DNA of 64,000 nucleotides, from NCBI RefSeq assembly GCF_054482595.1, contig NZ_CM137008.1, one strand, 5' to 3'. The translations under genes and the position numbers were made by a program. Of this stretch, positions 11,117-22,886 are shown piece by piece. The notes under the pieces are model-generated. The model had not been told where the DNA came from. It saw only the letters and a list, made by a program, of their open reading frames with translations, and ran no database searches. Every line of letters begins with the position of its first letter. The stretch's first letter is position 1.

Positions 11117-12454
11117 ATGTCTTCGGATGCTGATGCTCACAAAGTGGGCTTAATCCCCGTCACCCTGATGGTGTCGGGGAATATTATGGGGTCAGGTGTT
11201 TTTCTGTTACCTGCAAACCTGGCCTCCACCGGCGGGATTGCCATTTATGGATGGTTGGTGACGATTATCGGTGCGCTGGGGCTCTCGATGGTATACGCCA
11301 AAATGTCGTTCCTCGACCCAAGTCCTGGTGGTTCTTACGCTTACGCCCGCCGCTGCTTTGGCCCGTTTCTCGGTTATCAAACCAACGTCCTCTACTGGCT
11401 GGCCTGCTGGATCGGCAATATCGCCATGGTGGTCATTGGCGTAGGATATTTAAGTTACTTCTTCCCGATTCTGAAAGATCCATTGGTATTAACCATCACC
11501 TGCGTCGTGGTGCTGTGGATCTTCGTCCTGCTGAACATTGTCGGTCCGAAAATGATCACCCGTGTGCAGGCCGTTGCCACCGTGCTGGCGCTGATCCCCA
11601 TCGTCGGGATTGCCGTATTTGGCTGGTTCTGGTTCCGTGGTGAAACCTATATGGCGGCATGGAACGTCAGCGGCCTGGGCACTTTCGGTGCAATTCAAAG
11701 TACCCTTAACGTTACGCTGTGGTCGTTCATCGGTGTGGAAAGTGCCTCCGTTGCCGCAGGTGTGGTGAAAAACCCGAAACGCAATGTCCCTATCGCCACC
11801 ATCGGTGGGGTATTGATTGCCGCCGTTTGCTATGTGCTCTCCACCACCGCGATTATGGGGATGATCCCTAATGCCGCACTGCGCGTTTCTGCCTCGCCAT
11901 TCGGTGATGCCGCACGGATGGCGTTGGGTGACACCGCCGGGGCCATTGTTTCCTTCTGCGCAGCTGCGGGTTGCTTAGGTTCACTGGGCGGCTGGACATT
12001 GCTGGCGGGTCAAACGGCGAAAGCCGCTGCCGATGACGGACTGTTCCCACCGATTTTTGCCCGTGTAAATAAAGCGGGTACGCCAGTGGCGGGGCTGATT
12101 ATCGTCGGTATTTTGATGACCATCTTCCAGCTCAGCAGCATTTCACCAAACGCGACCAAAGAATTCGGTCTGGTTTCTTCCGTCTCGGTCATCTTTACAC
12201 TGGTGCCATATCTTTACACCTGTGCGGCATTACTGCTGCTCGGACACGGTCACTTTGGTAAAGCACGCCCGGCATATCTGGCAGTTACTACCATTGCCTT
12301 CCTCTACTGCATCTGGGCCGTGGTGGGGTCCGGGGCGAAAGAGGTTATGTGGTCATTTGTCACCCTGATGGTCATCACCGCCATGTATGCGCTGAATTAC
12401 AACCGGCTGCATAAAAACCCGTATCCCTTAGATGCACCAATAAGCAAAGATTAA
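11117..12454 (+). CDS. adiC: arginine:agmatine antiporter
   Basis: 445 aa, APC-family 12-TM transporter; gene order adiA-adiY-adiC. Confidence 0.93.
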
Positions 12455-12480
12455 TTCCCCTTAATCCAGCAAAGATAAAA

Positions 12481-12519
12481 GCCAACCTTAAGAACTTAAG
12501 GTTGGCTTAATTTTGCTTT
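12481..12519 (+). terminator. rho-independent terminator downstream of adiC
   Basis: Perfect inverted repeat gccaaccttaag / cttaaggttggc followed by ttaattttgcttt. Confidence 0.75.
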
Positions 12520-12557
12520 GCGAGCATATGCGCACTTTGTTCGATGGAAACACCGTG

Positions 12558-14201
12558 ATGTTGAAGTGCCTACTAAAAAGACCCTCTTTGAATTTACTCG
12601 CCTGGCTATTGTTAGCCGCTTTTTATATCTCTATCTGCCTGAATATTGCCTTTTTTAAACAGGTGTTGCAGGCGCTGCCGCTGGACTCGCTGCATAACGT
12701 ACTGGTTTTCTTGTCGATGCCGGTCGTCGCCTTCAGCGTGATTAATATTGTCCTGACACTAAGCTCTTTCTTATGGCTTAATCGACCGCTGGCCTGCCTG
12801 TTTATTCTGGTTGGCGCGGCTGCACAATATTTCATAATGACTTACGGCATCGTCATCGACCGCTCGATGATTGCCAATATTATTGATACCACTCCGGCAG
12901 AAAGCTATGCGCTGATGACACCGCAAATGTTATTAACGCTGGGATTCAGCGGCGTGCTTGCTGCGCTGATTGCCTGCTGGATTAAAATCAAACCTGCCAC
13001 CTCGCGTCTGCGCAGTGTTCTTTTCCGTGGAGCCAATATTCTGGTTTCTGTACTGCTGATTTTGCTGGTCGCCGCACTATTTTATAAAGACTACGCCTCG
13101 TTGTTCCGCAACAACAAAGAGCTGGTGAAGTCCTTAAGCCCCTCTAACAGCATTGTTGCCAGCTGGTCATGGTACTCCCATCAGCGACTGGCAAATCTGC
13201 CGCTGGTGCGAATTGGTGAAGACGCGCACCGCAACCCGTTAATGCAGAACGAAAAACGTAAAAATTTGACCATCCTGATTGTCGGCGAAACCTCGCGGGC
13301 GGAGAACTTCTCCCTCAACGGCTACCCGCGTGAAACTAACCCGCGGTTGGCGAAAGATAACGTGGTCTATTTCCCTAATACCGCATCTTGCGGCACGGCA
13401 ACGGCAGTTTCAGTACCGTGCATGTTCTCGGATATGCCGCGTGAGCATTACAAAGAAGAGCTGGCACAGCACCAGGAAGGCGTGCTGGATATCATTCAGC
13501 GAGCGGGCATCAACGTGCTGTGGAATGACAACGATGGTGGCTGTAAAGGTGCCTGCGACCGCGTGCCTCACCAGAACGTCACCGCGCTGAATCTGCCTGG
13601 TCAGTGCATCAACGGCGAATGCTATGACGAAGTGCTGTTCCACGGGCTGGAAGAGTACATCAATAACCTGCAGGGTGATGGCGTGATTGTCTTACACACC
13701 ATCGGCAGCCACGGTCCGACCTATTACAACCGCTATCCGCCGCAGTTCAGGAAATTTACCCCAACCTGCGACACCAATGAGATCCAGACCTGTACCAAAG
13801 AGCAACTGGTGAACACTTACGACAACACGCTGGTTTACGTCGACTATATTGTTGATAAAGCGATTAATCTGCTGAAAGAACATCAGGATAAATTTACCAC
13901 CAGCCTGGTTTATCTTTCTGACCACGGTGAATCGTTAGGTGAAAATGGCATCTATCTGCACGGTCTGCCTTATGCCATCGCCCCGGATAGCCAAAAACAG
14001 GTGCCGATGCTGCTGTGGCTGTCGGAGGATTATCAAAAACGGTATCAGGTTGACCAGAACTGCCTGCAAAAACAGGCGCAAACGCAACACTATTCACAAG
14101 ACAATTTATTCTCCACGCTATTGGGATTAACTGGCGTTGAGACGAAGTATTACCAGGCTGCGGATGATATTCTGCAAACTTGCAGGAGAGTGAGTGAATG
14201 A
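12558..14201 (+). CDS. eptA: lipid A phosphoethanolamine transferase
   Basis: 547 aa from internal ATG ([18 protein letters not shown]...); N-terminal TM segments plus sulfatase-like domain; overlaps basR start. Confidence 0.9.
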   Translation: MLKCLLKRPSLNLLAWLLLAAFYISICLNIAFFKQVLQALPLDSLHNVLVFLSMPVVAFSVINIVLTLSSFLWLNRPLACLFILVGAAAQYFIMTYGIVIDRSMIANIIDTTPAESYALMTPQMLLTLGFSGVLAALIACWIKIKPATSRLRSVLFRGANILVSVLLILLVAALFYKDYASLFRNNKELVKSLSPSNSIVASWSWYSHQRLANLPLVRIGEDAHRNPLMQNEKRKNLTILIVGETSRAENFSLNGYPRETNPRLAKDNVVYFPNTASCGTATAVSVPCMFSDMPREHYKEELAQHQEGVLDIIQRAGINVLWNDNDGGCKGACDRVPHQNVTALNLPGQCINGECYDEVLFHGLEEYINNLQGDGVIVLHTIGSHGPTYYNRYPPQFRKFTPTCDTNEIQTCTKEQLVNTYDNTLVYVDYIVDKAINLLKEHQDKFTTSLVYLSDHGESLGENGIYLHGLPYAIAPDSQKQVPMLLWLSEDYQKRYQVDQNCLQKQAQTQHYSQDNLFSTLLGLTGVETKYYQAADDILQTCRRVSE

Positions 14202-14866
14202 AAATTCTGATTGTTGAAGACGATACGCTGTTATTGCAGGGACTGATTCTGGCGGCGCAAACCGAAGGCTACGCGTGCGATGGCGTGACAACCGCGCGGA
14301 TGGCGGAACAAAGCCTTGAGGCCGGTCATTACAGCCTGGTGGTACTGGATTTAGGGTTACCCGACGAAGATGGACTGCATTTTCTCGCCCGTATCCGGCA
14401 GAAAAAATATACCCTGCCGGTACTGATCCTCACCGCTCGCGATACGCTGACCGACAAAATCGCCGGGCTGGATGTCGGTGCCGACGACTATCTGGTGAAG
14501 CCTTTTGCGCTGGAAGAGTTACATGCCCGTATCCGCGCCCTGCTACGACGCCATAATAATCAGGGCGAAAGTGAGCTGATTGTTGGCAATCTGACGCTGA
14601 ACATGGGTCGCCGTCAGGTATGGATGGGCGGTGAAGAGTTGATTCTGACGCCCAAAGAATATGCTCTGCTGTCACGGTTAATGCTCAAAGCAGGCAGTCC
14701 GGTGCATCGGGAAATTCTCTACAACGACATCTATAACTGGGACAATGAACCCTCGACCAACACCCTGGAAGTGCATATCCACAATCTGCGCGACAAAGTG
14801 GGCAAAGCCCGTATCCGCACCGTGCGCGGCTTTGGCTATATGCTTGTCGCTAATGAGGAAAACTAA
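14198..14866 (+). CDS. basR: OmpR-family response regulator BasR (PmrA)
   Basis: 222 aa; receiver domain plus winged-helix; 4-bp overlap with eptA stop. Confidence 0.92.
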   Translation: MKILIVEDDTLLLQGLILAAQTEGYACDGVTTARMAEQSLEAGHYSLVVLDLGLPDEDGLHFLARIRQKKYTLPVLILTARDTLTDKIAGLDVGADDYLVKPFALEELHARIRALLRRHNNQGESELIVGNLTLNMGRRQVWMGGEELILTPKEYALLSRLMLKAGSPVHREILYNDIYNWDNEPSTNTLEVHIHNLRDKVGKARIRTVRGFGYMLVANEEN

Positions 14867-14875
14867 TTGAATCTG

Positions 14876-15967
14876 ATGCGTTTTCTGCGCCGACCAATAT
14901 CGCTGCGCCAACGGCTGATATTGACCATCGGGGCCATTTTGTTGGTGTTTGAGCTGATCAGCGTCTTCTGGCTATGGCATGAAAGTACCGAGCAGATTCA
15001 GCTGTTTGAGCAGGCGCTACGCGACAATCGCAACAACGATCGCCACATCATGCGTGAGATCCGCGAGGCGGTCGCCAGCCTGATTGTCCCCGGCGTCTTT
15101 ATGGTCAGCCTGACGCTATTTATCTGCTATCAGGCGGTACGCCGCATCACCCGCCCGCTGGCGGAGCTGCAAAAAGAGCTGGAAGCGCGCACCGCCGACA
15201 ACTTAACGCCCATTGCCATTCACAGCGCCACCCTCGAAATCGAAGCGGTGGTTTCGGCGTTAAACGATCTGGTCAGTCGCCTGACCAGCACGCTGGATAA
15301 CGAAAGGTTGTTTACCGCTGACGTCGCGCACGAACTGCGAACGCCACTGGCGGGGGTACGTTTGCATCTGGAACTGCTGGCGAAAACGCATCACATTGAT
15401 GTAGCACCGTTAGTGGCACGGCTTGATCAGATGATGGAGAGCGTCTCCCAGCTGCTGCAACTGGCGCGTGCCGGACAGTCATTTTCTTCCGGTAATTATC
15501 AACATGTAAAACTGCTGGAAGATGTCATTCTCCCCTCGTATGACGAACTCAGTACCATGCTCGACCAGCGACAGCAAACCCTGCTATTGCCAGAGAGCAC
15601 CGCCGACATCACCGTTCAGGGTGATGCAACCCTGCTGCGGATGTTATTGCGAAACCTGGTAGAAAACGCCCATCGTTACAGCCCGCAAGGCAGCAACATT
15701 ATGATTAAGCTGCAAGAAGATGGCGGAGCGGTCATGGCAGTTGAAGATGAAGGACCAGGTATTGATGAGAGTAAATGCGGGGAGTTGAGTAAAGCGTTTG
15801 TACGTATGGACAGCCGTTATGGCGGGATTGGTCTGGGGTTAAGTATTGTCAGCCGCATTACACAGTTGCATCACGGGCAGTTTTTCCTGCAAAACCGGCA
15901 AGAGACTTCTGGCACGCGCGCCTGGATACGGCTGAAGAAAGATCAGTACGTGGCAAACCAGATATAA
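14876..15967 (+). CDS. basS: sensor histidine kinase BasS (PmrB)
   Basis: ~363 aa from ATG at 14876; H-box (ADVAHELRTPL) and HATPase motifs; the track ORF begins at a TTG 3 codons upstream. Confidence 0.9.
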   Translation: MRFLRRPISLRQRLILTIGAILLVFELISVFWLWHESTEQIQLFEQALRDNRNNDRHIMREIREAVASLIVPGVFMVSLTLFICYQAVRRITRPLAELQKELEARTADNLTPIAIHSATLEIEAVVSALNDLVSRLTSTLDNERLFTADVAHELRTPLAGVRLHLELLAKTHHIDVAPLVARLDQMMESVSQLLQLARAGQSFSSGNYQHVKLLEDVILPSYDELSTMLDQRQQTLLLPESTADITVQGDATLLRMLLRNLVENAHRYSPQGSNIMIKLQEDGGAVMAVEDEGPGIDESKCGELSKAFVRMDSRYGGIGLGLSIVSRITQLHHGQFFLQNRQETSGTRAWIRLKKDQYVANQI

Positions 15968-16032
15968 AGAAAGCTGCTGACCACCAGCACGCTGAACACG
16001 GTAGTTAAACTTTCATAAACACGGTTTTTCAT
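15943..16032 (-). CDS. pmrR: small membrane peptide PmrR (29 aa)
   Basis: Reverse strand translates exactly to MKNRVYESLTTVFSVLVVSSFLYIWFATY*; overlaps the last 25 nt of basS on the opposite strand; not in the supplied ORF track. Confidence 0.8.
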   Translation of the reverse strand: MKNRVYESLTTVFSVLVVSSFLYIWFATY

Positions 16033-16146
16033 TGCACTCTCCTCCGTTAACCTGGAGGAGAGTATGCGCGGCAGAGATTAAGTGAACCTTAAGAGTTCAA
16101 TTGTTGGTCTGATAAGACAGCGTCACATCAGGCCATCCGTTTCAGC

Positions 16147-17649
16147 TTATTCATCAATTCGCGGATGTTGCTGCACCAGGCGGGTACGTTTCGCCTGCAA
16201 ATCGGCAATCTCGTGGTCAATATCATCGATTTTCTGCTCGATATTATCGTAATGCTCGACGAGAATTTCCTTCGCTTCCTGTATATCTGACGCCGCCGGT
16301 GTTGCACCTTTCAACGGACGATTTGCCGTCTCTTTCATGGTTACGCCGGTGATTAAACCAACCACCGCCACTACCATCAGGTAATAGGCTGGCATCATCA
16401 GATTCTGCGAGCTTTCGACCAGCCAGGCCGCCAGTGTTGGCGTCAGACCGGCAACCAACACCGAAATATTAAATGCCGCCGCCAGCGCGCTGTAACGGAT
16501 ATGCGTCGGGAACATCGCTGGCAAGGTAGAAGCCATAACGCCCGTAAAGCAGTTAAGGATCACCGCCAGCATCAGTAACCCGGCAAAAATCAGGCCGATG
16601 ACGTTACTGTTAATCAGAATAAACGCCGGGATCGCCAACACAAACAGTGCAACACTACCAAGTAGCACAAACGGACGACGGCCAAAACGGTCACTCAGCA
16701 AGCCCATCACCGGCTGGACAAACAGCATACCGATCATAATGGCGATAATAATCAGCACCCCGTGGTCTTCGGAGTAATGCAGGTTATGCGACAAATAACT
16801 CGGCATATAGGTCAGCAACATGTAGTAAGTCACGTTGGTGGCAATTACCAGACCAATACATGTCAACAGGCTGCGCCAGTATTTAGTGGCAATCTCTTTA
16901 AACGAGACTTTCGGGCCATCCTGCAAACCTTCGCGGTCGCCCTGTTCCAGTTTATCAACATGCTGCTGGAACGCCGGAGTTTCTTCCAGCGCATGGCGCA
17001 GGTAAAGCCCGATAATCCCTAACGGCAGAGCAATAAAGAACGGAATACGCCAGCCCCAGTCGAGGAAGTTCGCTTCGCCGACAATGGTCGAAATTAACAC
17101 CACCACGCCCGCACCCAGCACAAACCCGGCAATAGAACCGAAGTCCAGCCAGCTGCCCATAAAGCCACGTTTACGGTCAGGGGAGTATTCCGCAACAAAT
17201 ATCGACGCCCCGGTATATTCACCGCCGACCGAGAAACCTTGTGCCATCTTACAGATCAACAGCAGAATCGGTGCCCAAATACCAATCGTGTCGTAGGACG
17301 GTATTAAGCCAATACAGAACGTACTGATCGACATAATCACAATAGTGATAGCGAGGATCTTCTGGCGACCATATTTATCGCCCAACATACCAAAGAAGAG
17401 TCCGCCAAGCGGTCGAATCAGAAAGGGAACGGAGAAAGTGGCAAGTGCAGCAACCATCTGCACGCTGGGGTCAGCCCCCGGGAAAAAAACTTTACCTAAT
17501 GCGTAAGCAACAAAACCATAAACACCAAAATCAAACCATTCCATTGCATTACCCAGTGATGCTGCGGTAATGGCTTTACGCAGTTTACCGTCATCAATAA
17601 TGGTGACATCACGAAGGGTAATCGGTTTTACTTTTTTCCTTTTCAGCAT
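16147..17649 (-). CDS. proP: proline/glycine betaine:H+ symporter (osmosensor)
   Basis: 500 aa from internal ATG (MLKRKKVKPITLRDVTIIDDG...); MFS transporter with C-terminal coiled-coil region. Confidence 0.92.
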   Translation of the reverse strand: MLKRKKVKPITLRDVTIIDDGKLRKAITAASLGNAMEWFDFGVYGFVAYALGKVFFPGADPSVQMVAALATFSVPFLIRPLGGLFFGMLGDKYGRQKILAITIVIMSISTFCIGLIPSYDTIGIWAPILLLICKMAQGFSVGGEYTGASIFVAEYSPDRKRGFMGSWLDFGSIAGFVLGAGVVVLISTIVGEANFLDWGWRIPFFIALPLGIIGLYLRHALEETPAFQQHVDKLEQGDREGLQDGPKVSFKEIATKYWRSLLTCIGLVIATNVTYYMLLTYMPSYLSHNLHYSEDHGVLIIIAIMIGMLFVQPVMGLLSDRFGRRPFVLLGSVALFVLAIPAFILINSNVIGLIFAGLLMLAVILNCFTGVMASTLPAMFPTHIRYSALAAAFNISVLVAGLTPTLAAWLVESSQNLMMPAYYLMVVAVVGLITGVTMKETANRPLKGATPAASDIQEAKEILVEHYDNIEQKIDDIDHEIADLQAKRTRLVQQHPRIDE

Positions 17650-17912
17650 AGCTTTCCTCGCAGAGTTGGCCCATTTCCGCAAACGCCAGAAAAATCAGCG
17701 CGACGGCCGCAAAAGGGGAGCGGGAATTGCAGGATGCAATCTCTGTAACAAGCGTAGCGGGTTTGCTTACACCCTCCGGTTAAGGAATGTACAATCAAAC
17801 CAGTTGACGCCTGAATTGGGCAGTTAATGACCTTTTTACCCTACCAGCGTTTAAATTTGTGATCAACTTCACACATGAATTTCGTTTAGGACTCATTGAT
17901 GTAACTGATTAT

Positions 17913-18791
17913 TTACACCAAATTTACAGAGAAGATTTCCTCGAGCATTGCCCCCGCCAGACGCTGCGCTGAACAGAGTCGTGGCATCCCCAGCGCGACA
18001 GTTTGCCAGCGTTGGGTCACTGACCAGCAAACGGGTTGTTTATCTGCCGTGGTCCACTTTCCCAGCCAACTTAAAAAATCAGCATGATCCCCGCCCGTCG
18101 GAACGGTCGAAGAGGCAAACCACTGATGGTAATAGTGACGCGTGGTCGGGGCCGCATTGATACTCTCTGCCAGATGTTGTGTCGCTTTCACGCGCAAATC
18201 ACCCAGCAACAACGCCACCGCTTGCGGGCTTCCCAGACGACAGGCATCGCCAAATGCCCCCCAACGCAACTCTTCGAGAACGATAAAACAGCGCCCAGGC
18301 AACGACCAGGCGTTATACGCCCCAGCACGCCAGCGGGTAAAAATTTGCTCGCTCTGTTCACCCGCCTGCACCAGTAGGCCTCGTTGCGTTAACGCCTTTT
18401 CCTTCCAGCGACAACGGGCTGAAAACCACTCATACAAGGCGGCAATTTGCTGGGGGAGCTCCGGGAAAGCAGAGTGCTGGCGGTGATCCATTTTTTGCAG
18501 CAGCGCCAGATGCTGCGCGATCTGCGTCAGTGCCAGATGACCGGGATCCAGCATCGACGCCAGTTTTTCCACCAATGTCAAACGCAGGCTAAGCGGCGCA
18601 TTTAACATTCCGCCGTTCGTCCATGTCTGAAGCTGCACGCGCGCAAGAAGTTCCTGCATCAGTCGTTCACGAAACTGCTGCTGATGGGCTTGTGGAAGGC
18701 GGGCATCATCGCCCTGCGCCAGATCCACTAAAAAGCGGGGATAAACCGACTCCAGCACGCGACCGGGGCCGTCAAGTAACGTCTTGGTCAA
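17913..18791 (-). CDS. yjcZ: uncharacterised protein YjcZ
   Basis: 292 aa; position downstream of crfC as in K-12; 4-bp overlap with crfC stop. Confidence 0.8.
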   Translation of the reverse strand: MTKTLLDGPGRVLESVYPRFLVDLAQGDDARLPQAHQQQFRERLMQELLARVQLQTWTNGGMLNAPLSLRLTLVEKLASMLDPGHLALTQIAQHLALLQKMDHRQHSAFPELPQQIAALYEWFSARCRWKEKALTQRGLLVQAGEQSEQIFTRWRAGAYNAWSLPGRCFIVLEELRWGAFGDACRLGSPQAVALLLGDLRVKATQHLAESINAAPTTRHYYHQWFASSTVPTGGDHADFLSWLGKWTTADKQPVCWSVTQRWQTVALGMPRLCSAQRLAGAMLEEIFSVNLV

Positions 18792-21016
18792 TATCGTTCT
18801 GCCGTGAAAAGTGTTTGAATATCATCGCGTAACAGCTGGGCGTCGGTGTAAATCCAGCCGTGAGTCATCACAGTCTGCTGCAATTGCTGCTGCATCAGCC
18901 TGACCACCGATTCATTTTGTTGACGCAGAGCCAGACTTTCGCGTAAACGCGTCTGTAATTCCGTCAAACATGAAGCGAACTCAGCGAAAAAAGTATTCAT
19001 GCCTGCCGTAACAGATTCATCGACCTGCTCTGCCAGAACTTTAGCCATTTGTTGGCAATAGAGATCGACTTCTGCACTTAATGCTCGTTGCAACACACTG
19101 TAATCAACCGTTTCTGTCGGGGATTTCTCATTCCCCCGTCCCCAGTCGGGCTGATTCAACCAGCGCGAAAAAGTCTCACGCACAACGCCTAAACGCGTGC
19201 TCTGCTCGTCCGTTGCTTCCTGGCGCGAAATGACTTCACTGAACAGCTGGCGAGTGTTGAAGTGGGGAACTACGCCGTGAAAAACAGGAAAATGAAACCC
19301 AGGACGAAACCCTGACTCGCTCAATTCCATTTTGACTTGTTGTTCAATGGGGCGAATAACATCGGTTAACACCCGGCAAAGAGTGGATTCAAGCTCGGCA
19401 AAACGCAGCGTAAAGTCGCGACTGATGGTGTTCTGCGCCGTCTGTAACAGTGTCTCACAGCGGGTACGAATCTCGCTTAACGGCTCCGAATCATCCTGAA
19501 ACAAGGCGGCTAACTGCGCCTTCAGCGCATCTTGCTGTTGACGCAGAAAGTGGTTGGCGGAGGTCAGGGCCAGCTCGATTTCATGTTTAATCTCGCCGCT
19601 CACCTGCGCCTGATTGAGTTGCAATAGCTGCAAACTTTCTTCGATCTGGTGGATATTTTGCCGCAATTGTTCACAAGCGACGTTTAACCCGTGCGCACGA
19701 AAATCCAGGTATTCCCGCGCCTGCTGCGCGTAATTCAACAGTTTATGCGCGGCAGATCGCAGAGCATACAACGAGGCGTTAGCGTAAGCGGCATGAAGCA
19801 ACATCTGAATTGGCTGGGCGAACAGCGAATCTTCCCACAGCTGATCGGCAGCATGACGAATATGTTCGAGGTCCGCCAGATCGGCATGACGCCAGCGCCT
19901 GCCGAGCGCGGCATGGGCAAAATCTTCTACCCAGCGTTGTTGCTCTGGCGCTGGTAACTTACCGTTGTTGGCTAACTCATGGCGCGCCCGATTCGCCAGG
20001 TAGCCCCACATCGACGACACCGGAAATATCTGCTGTGGCGTAATACAGCCTTTCATCAGCGTCCCGGAAATCAGTGCCCGCACCTGGTCGGCGTCGTCAC
20101 TGTTACGATCCTGTTGATCGAACTTATTGACCAGCACATACAGCGGCACCGATTGCCCCACCGCCAAAATCGCCTCACGGACCTCTTCATCGGAGATCGA
20201 TTTCAGTTGCGTATAATCCAGCACCGCCAGTACCGCCGAGGCGCGTGCCAGCTGCTGGTTAAGCATTTTTTGCAGATGCGGTTGCCCGGCTTCATTTGGC
20301 CCGGGGGTATCCAGTAACGTCAACTGACCGGGATAACTCTCCAGCCCCGCCAGATGGACAAACTCCACTTCAATCACGGGAATATGCTCAATGGCGGCGT
20401 AAGCAGAAAAAGGAAAATCGACGTCCAGCGCCTTCGCCAGTCGCACCAAATCATTCAAACTTTTCAGACAATGAAAAATAGGCTGGGCACCCAGATAATA
20501 TTTTTCGAAAGCGACGCCATTTTCGATCCGCTGCATAAGCGCACGCATATCTTTATCTATTTCCAGCACATCGGTCAGATGCTTAATATCGCAATCACGC
20601 AGGCGTTGTTGTAATTGTTGAATTAAACAATCGATTGGCGCGACATGTGAAAAATGCAGTACCGGTTCTTTTTGCCCGGGTGTATGGCGAATAAGCGTCG
20701 GCAGGGCAGTCATTGGGCGATTGCGATTAGGCAGAACCTCCGTACCAACAATGGCATTAATGGTGGTTGATTTCCCTGCTTTCATAGTACCGACAATCGC
20801 CAGCACCATTTCCAGTTGGGAAATTTTACGCAACTCATTATTCAGCATCGCGTGACGCTCGGCGATATTAGGCTGACTCCAGGGTAAAGCCAGTTGTGGC
20901 GCATCGTCTCCGGGTACAGAGAGAGGCATTTTTTCCAGTAACTGCAACTGTTGGCGAGAAAGCTGTAACAGGCGTTCAGCCTCCTGACTTAACTCATACA
21001 GGGTCTGTGTGTACAT
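18788..21016 (-). CDS. crfC: dynamin-like GTPase CrfC (YjdA)
   Basis: 742 aa; P-loop GTPase motif GTMKAGKST near N-terminus; long coiled-coil C-terminal part. Confidence 0.85.
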   Translation of the reverse strand: MYTQTLYELSQEAERLLQLSRQQLQLLEKMPLSVPGDDAPQLALPWSQPNIAERHAMLNNELRKISQLEMVLAIVGTMKAGKSTTINAIVGTEVLPNRNRPMTALPTLIRHTPGQKEPVLHFSHVAPIDCLIQQLQQRLRDCDIKHLTDVLEIDKDMRALMQRIENGVAFEKYYLGAQPIFHCLKSLNDLVRLAKALDVDFPFSAYAAIEHIPVIEVEFVHLAGLESYPGQLTLLDTPGPNEAGQPHLQKMLNQQLARASAVLAVLDYTQLKSISDEEVREAILAVGQSVPLYVLVNKFDQQDRNSDDADQVRALISGTLMKGCITPQQIFPVSSMWGYLANRARHELANNGKLPAPEQQRWVEDFAHAALGRRWRHADLADLEHIRHAADQLWEDSLFAQPIQMLLHAAYANASLYALRSAAHKLLNYAQQAREYLDFRAHGLNVACEQLRQNIHQIEESLQLLQLNQAQVSGEIKHEIELALTSANHFLRQQQDALKAQLAALFQDDSEPLSEIRTRCETLLQTAQNTISRDFTLRFAELESTLCRVLTDVIRPIEQQVKMELSESGFRPGFHFPVFHGVVPHFNTRQLFSEVISRQEATDEQSTRLGVVRETFSRWLNQPDWGRGNEKSPTETVDYSVLQRALSAEVDLYCQQMAKVLAEQVDESVTAGMNTFFAEFASCLTELQTRLRESLALRQQNESVVRLMQQQLQQTVMTHGWIYTDAQLLRDDIQTLFTAERY

Positions 21017-21417
21017 AGAAAATTCTTCCTTAAAGCAAATTTTATTACTTTTATTTAGCCAGATTGTTTTTGAGTTCTGTTTTCGGCTTTTATAATTACT
21101 GCAAGAAATAATTTTATATTTAGAGCGTTGTTTTTTATTAGAATAAATAACATCTTCCGATACGTTTAAAACGTCAGAAAGATAAAAATATCATGTGAAT
21201 TAAAAAAAGAACAAGTAGAGCATTAACCTTATCTTAAATAATAAATGGAGGCAAAAAGATTATTTTCTTTTTGCGTTTCCTTTCAAATGAAAACGATCGT
21301 CGTCTAAAATCAGCAGTACCCCCGACAAACTCAGGGATTTTGTGTATAATTGCGGCCTTTTTCGGCAATCTGCCGTTTTTTGGCGCTTTTGCCCTGCTGA
21401 CTTTTGAGGAAATCCAC

Positions 21418-21753
21418 ATGTCATTACCACACTGCCCAAAATGCAACTCCGAATACACTTACGAAGATAACGGCATGTACATCTGCCCGGAATGTGCCTA
21501 CGAATGGAACGACGCAGAACCTGCACAGGAAAGCGACGAGCTGATCGTTAAAGATGCTAACGGCAATCTGCTGGCTGACGGCGACAGCGTTACCATCATT
21601 AAAGATCTGAAGGTGAAAGGTAGCTCTTCGATGCTGAAAATTGGCACCAAAGTGAAAAACATCCGCCTGGTTGAAGGCGACCATAACATCGATTGCAAAA
21701 TCGACGGTTTTGGTCCGATGAAACTGAAATCTGAGTTTGTGAAAAAGAACTGA
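21418..21753 (+). CDS. phnA: zinc-ribbon protein PhnA (YjdM)
   Basis: 111 aa from ATG at 21418 ([30 protein letters not shown]...); CxxC...CxxC zinc ribbon; the track ORF is extended upstream. Confidence 0.88.
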
Positions 21754-21771
21754 TTGTATTGTGATCGGTAA

Positions 21772-22247
<476 letters not shown>

Positions 22248-22310
22248 GCCTCTCATCTGTATAAATTTCGAACTACACTTAACTGGCTTCTCTTAACTGA
22301 GGTCACCATC

Positions 22311-22754
22311 ATGCCGTTAAGTCCCTACCTCTCTTTTGCCGGTAACTGTGCCGACGCAATTGCTTATTATCAACGTACGTTGGGCGCGGAACTGCTCTAT
22401 AAAATCAGCTTCGGCGAAATGCCAAAATCAGCGCAGGACAGCGCCGAGAACTGCCCTTCCGGAATGCAATTTCCCGATACCGCCATCGCCCACGCCAATG
22501 TGCGTATTGCCGGAAGCGATATCATGATGAGCGATGCTATACCGTCAGGAAAAGCCAGCTACTCCGGCTTTACGCTGGTGCTCGATTCGCAACAGGTCGA
22601 AGAAGGAAAACGCTGGTTTGATAACCTTGCCGCTAACGGAAAAATCGAAATGGCCTGGCAGGAAACTTTCTGGGCGCATGGCTTCGGCAAAGTCACCGAT
22701 AAATTTGGCGTACCGTGGATGATTAATGTCGTCAAACAACAACCAACGCAATAA
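22311..22754 (+). CDS. phnB: glyoxalase/bleomycin-resistance-fold protein PhnB (YjdN)
   Basis: 147 aa; position between phnA and phnC. Confidence 0.85.
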   Translation: MPLSPYLSFAGNCADAIAYYQRTLGAELLYKISFGEMPKSAQDSAENCPSGMQFPDTAIAHANVRIAGSDIMMSDAIPSGKASYSGFTLVLDSQQVEEGKRWFDNLAANGKIEMAWQETFWAHGFGKVTDKFGVPWMINVVKQQPTQ

Positions 22755-22809
22755 TCCGCCGGGAGGCCCGCCCTCCCGCACTGTCATCGAATTCCCGTTA
22801 ACTCTTCAT

Positions 22810-22847
22810 CTGTTAGTCACTTTTCATTAACCAAACCGTCACAATAA
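22810..22847 (+). promoter_or_regulatory. candidate Pho box (PhoB binding) of the phnC promoter
   Basis: 7-bp elements separated by 4-bp spacers (ctgttag-tcac-ttttcat-taac-caaaccg-tcac-aataatc) 40-80 bp upstream of phnC; phn operon is an established Pho regulon member. Confidence 0.55.
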
Positions 22848-22886
22848 TCCGCCACGATGGAGCCACTTTTTTAGGGAGGCTGCATC

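Noticed and set aside
17650-17682. Upstream-extended track starts for proP (and similarly melB, nrfA, nrfB, nrfG, eptA, phnE, phnF, phnI, phnJ, phnK, phnL, yjcS)
   Set aside because: Internal start codons give the lengths and N-termini I recall for these proteins and usually have better RBS context; the track reports the longest possible frame
22757-22779. GC hairpin (ccgggaggcccgccctcccg) just after phnB as a terminator
   Set aside because: Stable stem but no U-tract; may act as an RNA stability element; insufficient evidence to call
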